A DNA stretch of 60,139 nt, counting the filler, from Hausera hauseri (lineage: Eukaryota): the NCBI GenBank assembly GCA_046269625.1. It is 11 parts of 11 records of this genome, joined end to end, with 100 filler letters (N's around TTAATTAATTAA, not from the genome) between each part and the next. Parts side by side here need not be neighbours in the genome. Positions count along the whole stretch, not along the records: positions 49,777 to 54,155 come from JBJURY010609665.1; positions 54,256 to 60,139 come from JBJURY010174528.1; 9 more parts are not named here. One strand, written 5' to 3'. Position 1 is the stretch's first letter; each line of letters starts with the position of its first letter. This document shows positions 51,880 through 60,139 of this stretch, piece after piece. The notes beneath the pieces were generated by a model, which ran no database searches, had not been told where the DNA came from, and saw nothing but the letters and a program-made list of their open reading frames with translations. A program made the position numbers and the translations under genes.

Positions 51880-52350
51880 TTACCTTAGTGATTGGGCCTC
51901 CCTGAAGATCCAATTTGACTATACCTTTCTAACGTATTTGAAACAAAATATTTTATATAAAGAATAAATGAAAAAAATTAAAATATGATCCGAACTTTTG
52001 CCATACCCTGTAAAGTCCTTCTATAAGTATAACTTTATTGAGAAGAGATCATATTGTTATAACACAAGCATCAGTCTACTTGAAATTCATCTGTATTCGA
52101 CGCCACTTACTTATCACAGGAATTTTCACAACCTCCGGCTTCAGTTTTGCAACCAGTCTGCAATTATCTCGCCAATCAGACATCCATCTGTTCATAGGAA
52201 ACATCCATTTCCTCTTTTCTCCTTTCAGTTCTTCAATGCCAATCCAGTCAACAAACCATTCGTCCTTTTCATTTTTAGTTTCAACCTTAAAATATACCAT
52301 TTAATTTTCTGATCATTTGTCTGTTTTCAATCATATTTTGCAACTGACTG
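51880..52350 (-). CDS. Exon(s) of a PLAT/LH2-domain protein (LOXHD1/polycystin-like), partial
   Basis: EWFVDWIGIEELKGEKRKWMFPMNRWMSDWRDNCRLVAKLKP fits the PLAT C-terminal half (W..D.I.I...FP..RW); GTAAGT donor at ~52110; further short AG/GT-flanked pieces to ~51880. Confidence 0.65.
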
Positions 52351-52566
52351 GTCTGTAACAAGATAAATTATATTTGAGAATACTGTACAACTGCCTGTGT
52401 TTAATGAGCAAAACAGAGTGACCCTTTTCAGGTGTTACTTCCACGGTTTTGTTTATTTTAAATTACTTATTTAATACTTTAGTTACCCATATAATATAAG
52501 GTACTATAATTTACCCATACAAGGCTTTAATCCGAACTAAACCTTTTACAAACGAACGGCTTAAAT

Positions 52567-53610
52567 TATTGGATTATTGCAAAAGTTCGCGCCCGATTTG
52601 AAAATGAAACACAAACGCTTATATTTTATAGAAAATAATTTTATTAATCGATTATCTAGTCATCACTATTTTCTACAATTGCCTCCCAACGTTTTACAAG
52701 CTTGCGGATTCTTTTTTCTTAAAAACTGTGTGGTTTGTCTTTAAAGAAGGTCGTGACGTAGTTTTCCAAAGCTTCCATGGAACGAAAATTCTTTCCATTT
52801 AAATTATTGTGCAAAGACCGGAATAGATCAAAATCTGTAGGATACAAGTTTGGAGAATACTGTAAATGTTGGAGGATTTCCCATTTTAACTCCTTCAGTT
52901 TTCGCAGCGTTTCGTGGATGACATGGAGTCTGGCATTGTCATGTTGGAAGATTACACCCTTTGGATTGACCAAAACCGGATGTTTTTCTTAATTTTTCTC
53001 ATTGAGTTTGGTGCCTTGCTCACAGTACTTGTTCGCCATGATTGTTTCACCGTGTGGAAGAAGCCCGAAGAAAATTATTTCTTTGCAATCCCACCAAGAA
53101 GATGGCAATACTTTCATTGGATGTAAGCCAGCTTTTGCCACAGGTTCTGCGCGTTCAGCTGCTTGTTTCCAGCTCCTTTTTTGTTGTACAGGATCCATTT
53201 TTCATCGCCTGTTACGATTCGATCCAAAAAAGATTCTTTTTTATGACAACCAAGTAGGGAAATGGCCACAGAGATGCGGTCCATCTTATTCTTTTCTGTC
53301 AAGGAATGCAGCACCCATGTATCGAGCTTGGAAGTGAATTCAAGTTTCTTTAAATGGCGAAATGCAGACGAATTGTCAATATTCAACCTCTTAGCAATTT
53401 CCTCAGTTGTAATTCTCCGGTTATTTTCCATTAAGGCTACCACAACATTATCATCAATGTCAGAAGACCGCCCACAGCGGGGCTGATCATCCAGAGTAAA
53501 ATCGCCATTGTGAAATCTGCCAAACCACTTTTTAACTGTTCTGAGAGCAGGAGCACGGTCCAAATAAATATCCCGAATATTTTTGTTGTAATTCCAACAA
53601 TAAATATAAA
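52567..53610 (-). mobile_element. Mariner (Mos1-like DD34D) element, 5'-truncated and frameshifted, with one probable TIR
   Basis: RTVKKWFGRF.NGDFTLDDQPRCGR; WVLHSLTE; IVTGDEKW; FQHDNARLH; YSPNLYPTDFDLF; TA-TTGGATTATTGCAAAAGTTCG at 52567. Confidence 0.92.
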
Positions 53611-53649
53611 ATAAGAATATCGCGTAAACGAATGTCAGTAAATGGTGCA

Positions 53650-54130
53650 TTGAGAAGGATTCTTGATGTCTGATGATGAGGTGTTTTCAGAAAATAATGA
53701 CGACAGAGTGACAGTATCCACAGACCAAAGTAATGATGATGGGTCAGAATCGAATAATGAAGATGAAGAGATATCTCAAAATGAAACAGAAGAAAGGACC
53801 AGTAATTTAGATGAATGAAGATTTGTCACACCTGCCTACATTTCGGAGCATATCCCTTTTACTGAAATTCTAGGTATCAATCCCGAGTTGGAACTGTCAA
53901 ACCGTAGTCTTCCTATTGAAATTTTTAGCTGTTTCCTAACCGATTAAATTTTTGGCCAATGGAAAACCGAAAAAAATATTCGCGCAACACTTCATAGATT
54001 CAAATCATTTGAAAGCTAAAAGCAGAGTAAAAAGTAGATAGCAACTGACGTAAATAAAATGAAAAAGTTGATTGAATTATTGTTGCATATGCGAATCATC
54101 AATAAACCTTCTATTGAAGACTACAGGTGT
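53650..54130 (+). mobile_element. piggyBac (PGBD-like) transposase N-terminal remnant
   Basis: Acidic leader followed by IPFTEILGI...PIEIFSCFLTD..., KSRVK.., MKKLIELLLHMRIINKPSIEDY. Confidence 0.75.
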
Positions 54131-54312
54131 AAATTCAATCATGTTTCGTGACCGCNNNNNNNNNNNNNNNNNNNNNNNNNNNNNNNNNNNNNNNNNNNNT
54201 TAATTAATTAANNNNNNNNNNNNNNNNNNNNNNNNNNNNNNNNNNNNNNNNNNNNATAGAATTTCCAGTTCATCGTCTTCAACCATCATAAATACGAACA
54301 CCACCACCAATC

Positions 54313-54753
54313 ATGTTTAAAATACATCGACCGCACATAAATGTTATGTCATTGCTGCTACAGCCATCCTCCATATTTAGTCCACGTTACCAACCCGAAA
54401 GAATCGGAAACTCATTTCCAGAATTACCACTACCAACAATTCCATCAATGCCAACTTCACACCAGCAAGAATTATTTCCTGTTTTAAACCGATGTTCAAT
54501 CGATCTAATAGCAGACCTCACCCCTCTCGATTTCTTAGCTACAACACAATCTATAAATTATCCTAATCTCCCTACTTATGAATGTACAATTTGTCTCTCA
54601 GCACGTATCACCGTAGTCCAGCTCCAATATAATCATGCCCCTTGTGCAACTTGTTTCAACAAATTACGATAACATTTCATCCAAAAACTTAATCAACAAG
54701 GTTCAGCCAACGTAGCCTTTCAGAGTGGAATCTCCTGTCCTTATTGTCGATAA
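54313..54753 (+). pseudogene. RING-finger ORF (degenerate) upstream of a PPT and LTR-like start
   Basis: CTICLS...YNHAPCATC...(stop)...ISCPYCR; AAGAGGGAGAAA at 54865-54876 followed by TGTTAA at 54877. Confidence 0.55.
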
Positions 54754-55464
54754 TTATTAATTTATTACCATTTTTCTTATACCTACGACAACCGTACCCA
54801 ACTTCTATGCCATTGGATTAATCCCTTAAATGATGCCACATTGACAATTAACCCCCGATTACTCAAGAGGGAGAAATGTTAAGGTTTTTTATTTAGTGTA
54901 CAGATTAAAATTACATATATAGAAAACATAGAAAGTAGTACAACACAATCCGGATCAGACCGAAGAACGCAAAACGGACGAAACAATAAACAATATACAT
55001 TAACGAAAATTTTTGTGATTAAAAATTGTGCAAATTCAGATTATTCTAACTATGAAAATGTGTATATATTTGTGATTAATAATAAACTTCTGTGTATATA
55101 AATGTCTTTCTCTTTTGATATTGTTGAGCCCCTGATGGGCATCTCCTCTACTCCTGTTAATGTATCTTATTGTGAGCAAGAAGCGGCAAATTAATAAATT
55201 AATTTAAGATATAATGATAAAGTTAAAAGCAAAATATGTAGGTATTAGTAATAAACAGAACATAATGAATAAGTGCCATTTTGAGAAGAGGTAAATATAG
55301 TAATAAAAACAAAAGAAAAAAAAATTTGTGGCTAAGCAACAAGTATAGTTTTGTTAATTAATTAATACAAAAGAAAAAGGTGGCCAACATGTTTGGTGAA
55401 ATTTTCTAACGTCATTTATGGCCCATGCCTTTCTTTATTTATAGAAACATCTTTATATACATCA

Positions 55465-58400
55465 TCACATTTGAAATAGCTGATGTAGCGGAAATAGACT
55501 AGAACCGACAATCCGTCCATCGTCAACGGAGGGAGCAATATCATTGGCTACAACCACCTCTGTAGGTTCCATTACATGGGTGGTTGTGGCAATGTCTGAT
55601 TGGCATCTGATAACATCCGTCTGTTCTTCATTCTGCCGTAAATAATGTTGAATTACTAACGGAACTAGTCTTATCAAAGAAACGATAGGATTTTTGATAT
55701 TTGTCAAATTATCAACTGGAACAGATGGATTAGGAAGTGGATTATCAATGGGGTCTTTATTAGTTTCTTCATCAGAATCAGATGACATGACGGGGACTAG
55801 TCCTAGAGAAAAGGCAACATGTCAATGCAACAATTATTATGTATAAAATGTATTATTATTGGATAATTGAGCAAAAACGATGATGAACGATAAACGATGA
55901 TCGACAGTGCAGCCATCGAGTCCCCAATCATGTAGATAAGTAACAAAGGAGACAGAAATAGTCCGAAGACGGCATAATCCATCTTAAATTGTCAATCATC
56001 GCGTCATATAAGAAAGCAAGGCAAAAGAAGGCAAGAAAAGCAGAAATGTGAACGGGACAAGTAACGCAAGGAAAATTAAACAAAATCAAAGTCATCGGAT
56101 CTTACTTCGTCGTCTGGATAAAGGAACTGATGATGAGGAGGAAGAGGAGCTGAAAGAAGAACTGTCGATAAATGCAGTGGATTTTTTGAATTTCTTCACG
56201 ACTGGAACATAGGCAACCCCATCATCGCCATCGTTATCACCGTCGTCACCATTTCCATCATCATTTGAATCTGAAGATTCACTTTTCTCCTTGTACATTT
56301 TCCTCTCCTGATTCAAAATCCGCGTACTACGTCGAGTTCCTGGCGTACGAGGCTTCGGCAATGCCTTTGGTTTCTTTTGACTCTTAACTTCATTGTGCTT
56401 CAGTAATGCTGGCCTGTCGACAGAATTGCCATAGAATTTATCCGACAAACCGGCAGATAGTTGCATCGGATGAAACACGTCTACTTTGATTGGTTTTGGT
56501 AGCAGGATGGTTCTACGGGCGCCATCGTAAACATCTGATGACAATGAAATAGTCGGTGCCAACGAACTATTCCCCGGTATAACGGAATTCGTCGGCGTTT
56601 GCATAAAATTCTGAAATCGATCAGTTGGACCAACGAGGCGATTATTTGAGATTGTTATTGGAGCATTGGAACACAACAAACTCGTCAATTTCTGATGGTT
56701 TCTGTTTGGCTGTATTGGCTGCCGTGTTGCCGCCCCATTCTGATTGATTACACCAGCGGCTGTCCGGTGATTCAGTAACCACATAGGCAGGAAATTCTGG
56801 ACATTAGTTCCGCCCATCTCGGAATTGGCCGGCACAACACGATGATAATTACCGAAATTGCCGTTGACCATCGATGATTTCGGATGAATTGGAATTTTCA
56901 ATGGATTATCGGCGGCCAATGTCTGCAATTTGGGAAAAATGAGTCTATTCTGTTGCTGCATTTGTTGGTTGTTATTGGGTAAAAATGGATTGTTGCAAAT
57001 CGACGGCATAAACAGTTTCTCACTGGTGAATTGCTGACTGGGTGCCGCAGGCAGCACGTTGACGTTGTGTGCGGCACTGCCACTGTCGCTGCCGTTGTTT
57101 CTTTCATCATCATCACCGTCGTCGTTGTCTGATGTTAGATCGATGGTTACTGTCGATGTGATTGGCCGTTGTGGTGGACGTACGACAGTTCGATGTTCGC
57201 TGTTGGCACTGGCTGATGACACAGTTTCTGGGCTAAATAAATAATGATCAATGGTAGATACAAGATTGCGTTTTTCCATTTATAATTACTGATGGAGGAA
57301 TAGTTTACAAGTACCACAATATTTAAAACATGAAAATTAAGGTCAAAGTAATCGTGTGCATACCATTAAACTTCCATACACACAAAATGCGGCATCAATT
57401 TCTTTACGCAGCGATGCACACATTCAATAATTCAGAACAATAACAAGAAAATTACTGACTAATAGTATTTGCCAGGAGGCCAGTCAATTACTCTCACTAA
57501 TACAGTCGCATTTGTTGCTATTTTTATCGTACGATGACAGACTAAAAAATCAATTATGTCATAAAATAATTAAATGGAACTGTTTATACACCAACAAAAC
57601 TGTCGATAGCAACGTAACAAATACAAAATTAATTTTACCTTTCTCCATTTGTGTGCTGTTCCCCAATTTCTGCTTGGCGATGAACTGTCGTGTCAGGAAA
57701 TTCTTCGTCACTCTCCAACAATATAATATTCTGATTTATCGGACCATTTTGTACATCCGCGCTCGAATCCGGACCGACATTCGTCATTTCTGATTCATCT
57801 TCATTCGCTTCTGCCTTGTTCTTCTTCGATTCTTTTGACTCCTTCACTGCAACAGAGACATACGATCCATCCGAATTAATGTTCACCTCCGTCACGTTGT
57901 CGCATGCAGCAAATTTCTTCAATATCTCGTCGAAATACTCATCAACGAACAATTCTTTCAATGTAGCCGGTCCATCACAAACAGGGCATTTCCACACAGA
58001 CCGCCTTTCATTCATCATGAGATACAACTCAGCATCGAAACACTGAAGATGTTGGCAATTGAGGCCGCGTAATGGACACGTAATTCGACTTTTCCCGACG
58101 GGACAAAGCAGCGAAACGGGCAACACAGACGACATGACGATATCGTCGTCCTGTGCAAATTGACCATTTGATCGAAATTTTTCATTGACCAGTGCAATTG
58201 TAAAACTGATCGGCCGCTGAATCGGATGCTGACGACTCTTGAATCGATCCAACAGCTCGATAACGTTAATTTTCCTCTCGAGATAAATTCCAGCGTAGTA
58301 ATACTGAAATACGCCCGGTGTTTGCCACCAATTGATGTGGACGAGCTGTCGATATCCGTGCTCGTCTGCTAATACGAATTTCATATAATCGCTGATATTA

Positions 58401-59338
58401 ACTGGTCGTGAATGTCGTTTGCCTTCCTTAGCAACGGTGTTGCTAGGCAGAACTTCCCAAAGCGGCACCGGCGAATTGTTCACGCACAACGACAAATAAG
58501 GCGGAATCATTTCCTCCATTTCCAGTACGTCGTCCAACGATGTTGGAAACTCTTTTGTCGGATCGTAAATACCAAACCGGACGTTGACTTGCCATTTATA
58601 GATTTTCTTGTTATTTTGCTGAATCCGATGGCCAAAAATCATATTTCTCGCACTCCTTGACAACGTGAATTGTAACTGGATTTTCGATGTGACTCGGTTT
58701 TGCTGGCCCATATTCGGCAAGGGTTTTGGAACGAGTAAAAAGAGCGGATGGAGAACAACCTGACAGCAATAAAATTCTGATGATTTGACAACTGCATTTT
58801 TCACACAATATGGCAAATGCAACGATGGTACGATGAATCGATTGTTCATGTTTGGCGCTGATGCTGGAACGGAACAAAATCCATTCGGGAATTTCGTATA
58901 ATTAGGAATGAATATCCGCAGTGGATCGACACCACTAATTATTTCCGATCGAATGTTGATCGGGCAACTGTCTACGAGATCGTTCGTGATACAGTACAAC
59001 CAGGAAATAAATGAATTCTGATTTGTTGGAACTTTCATTCCGTTAGTGAAATTTTGAAAAATTGACACAATTTGATGATCTTGTCGATCTGGCAGTACAC
59101 TCGATTCTAATTCTAAACATTCATTTCTCTGAGAAGATCGATTAATAATGTGCAAAATGTGGTGCAGCAAGTTAATATCATTTGCCATATGGATAGAATC
59201 TAATAAACCCTTCTGAATCTTGGTTCTACGTCCATTAGTCGGTAAATCAAAAATTTCACACAAAGTCGAAAGACCTCGTTGCGAAATGTTATTTAATATA
59301 AATCTCTTGATCGTTTGTTTTATATCCTCAATAATCAT
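55465..59338 (-). CDS. PIAS: PIAS/Siz-family E3 SUMO ligase, three exons: 59338-57639, 57232-56106, 55802-55465
   Basis: SAP-like LSTLCEIFDLPTNGRRTKI; PINIT-like HSRPVNIS; SP-RING VSLLCPVGKSRITCPLRGLNCQHLQCFDAELYL...WKCPVC; SIM-like IILLESDEE and VTIDLTSD. Intron 57638-57233 (AG|GTAAAA...TTTAG|C, phase 2) and intron 56105-55803 (A|GTAAGA...CTCTAG|GA, phase 1) both preserve frame. The start codon choice (59338) is inferred. Confidence 0.9.
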
Positions 59339-59473
59339 ATTTTTTGTATAATTCAAGTAATTATAAAACAAGTTTTGAAAAGACGAAAAAGAAAATGTTA
59401 CCTGGTATACTCTGACATTCAATGTGATATTCGAGATGTTGTGTGAAGAATTCGGTCAATTTCTCGGTAGCAT

Positions 59474-59902
59474 TCAATTTTTCGACTTCGTAAGCAAAAA
59501 CGTCGAAAGAAATAAATGCTTTTTCGTTTCAAATTCCTTTTCCGAATTCGATTTCAGGTCTTTTATTAAAATGGAAAGTGACTTTCTGATACTGTGTAAA
59601 TTGTTGTCCTCGGAAATATCCTGGAAGTATTTAATAACATCCACGCTGAGTTTTCGTTCAAATTCCTTCGTGTTTTTCGTGATTTCATGGAGAATTTTGA
59701 TGGACAAAATTATCGTTTCTCTAGTATAATTGTGGTTGTAAAATTTCTTTTCCGATTCAAATAGAGTCGTGAAAAATCTTTCCCCGGAAGTTCTTTGAAT
59801 TTCTTTTTCNNNNNNNNNNACTTTTGACTGATTGATATAAAACATCAGCAGATGCTGGTAATTTCGTATTATCTTCATTTTTCTCGAGCTTGAATCGTTC
59901 AC
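59474..59902 (-). CDS. Hypothetical protein or exon immediately upstream of PIAS (spans a 10-N gap at 59810-59819)
   Basis: 142-codon frame with helical-type composition; no motif recognised. Confidence 0.35.
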   Translation of the reverse strand: MNDSSSRKMKIIRNYQHLLMFYINQSKXXXXEKEIQRTSGERFFTTLFESEKKFYNHNYTRETIILSIKILHEITKNTKEFERKLSVDVIKYFQDISEDNNLHSIRKSLSILIKDLKSNSEKEFETKKHLFLSTFLLTKSKN

Positions 59903-60139
59903 CGATGTTTGTTATTTTTGTTTGATATATTTGCCTCATGTTATTCATCATTTAGTATGCTACGAATTTTTCCGATACCAATTGTTAGTTTAGTGATAAG
60001 TATCCGTCAATACAAAATCAGATAAATTCCAGATTTAAGTCCGAGAAATAGATCCAAAAATAAAATTCAAGAATAAAATTAAGATAATGTCAAGATGGCA
60101 AATTACTATTTACAAATTTAATACAGGATTATAAATATC

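Larger units (their letters stand above)
4220..54255. other. Ten artificial contig-joining spacers (N44-TTAATTAATTAA-N44) at 4220-4319, 11035-11134, 15613-15712, 21427-21526, 25559-25658, 36945-37044, 41460-41559, 45506-45605, 49677-49776, 54156-54255
   Basis: Identical 100-bp cassette repeated ten times; TTAATTAATTAA places stops in all six frames; content changes abruptly across each spacer. Confidence 0.98.

Noticed and set aside
57279-57291. ATG at 57279 or the CAG at 57291-57289 as the start of PIAS exon 2
   Set aside because: The CAG acceptor gives the wrong frame; TTTAG at 57233 restores frame with the phase-2 donor.
1-60139. Alternative genetic code or programmed frameshifting to explain the many broken ORFs
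   Set aside because: Breaks include all stop types and frameshifts, while PIAS and the RT segment read cleanly in the standard code; decay or sequencing error suffices.

Overview
This window is not one locus. It consists of 11 unlinked contigs joined by artificial 100-bp spacers (N44-TTAATTAATTAA-N44, with stops in all six frames), so adjacency across spacers means nothing. Ten contigs are AT-rich DNA of an apparently fast-evolving animal (inferred from talin, PIAS, BIRC6-like and PLAT homologues). They are dominated by decayed mobile DNA: Maverick/Polinton parts (pPolB, integrase, a probable AGTAGT terminus), Ty3/Gypsy-type LTR elements (two with env-like ORFs), mariner/Tc1, hAT-like and piggyBac remnants. 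They also carry broken host-gene fragments (talin, CSE1L, BIRC6-like, MUS81-like, PLAT) and one convincing three-exon PIAS/Siz SUMO E3 ligase gene. One contig (4320-11034) is compositionally foreign: GC-richer, intronless, and entirely one frame open at both ends. It encodes >2200 aa of an apparently Cys-free helical protein built from three ~450-aa and three ~115-aa internal repeats, probably from a bacterial symbiont or contaminant. Best leads: (i) that repeat protein; (ii) a PPT/TG...PBS...PPT/TG LTR-like chassis filled with talin, CSE1L and Maverick polB fragments; (iii) an LTR element with gag and an env-like start but an unrecognised ~3.8-kb coding block instead of pol; (iv) a Gypsy env-like region with an FN3-like module. 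All family calls come from motif recognition by eye; no searches were run.
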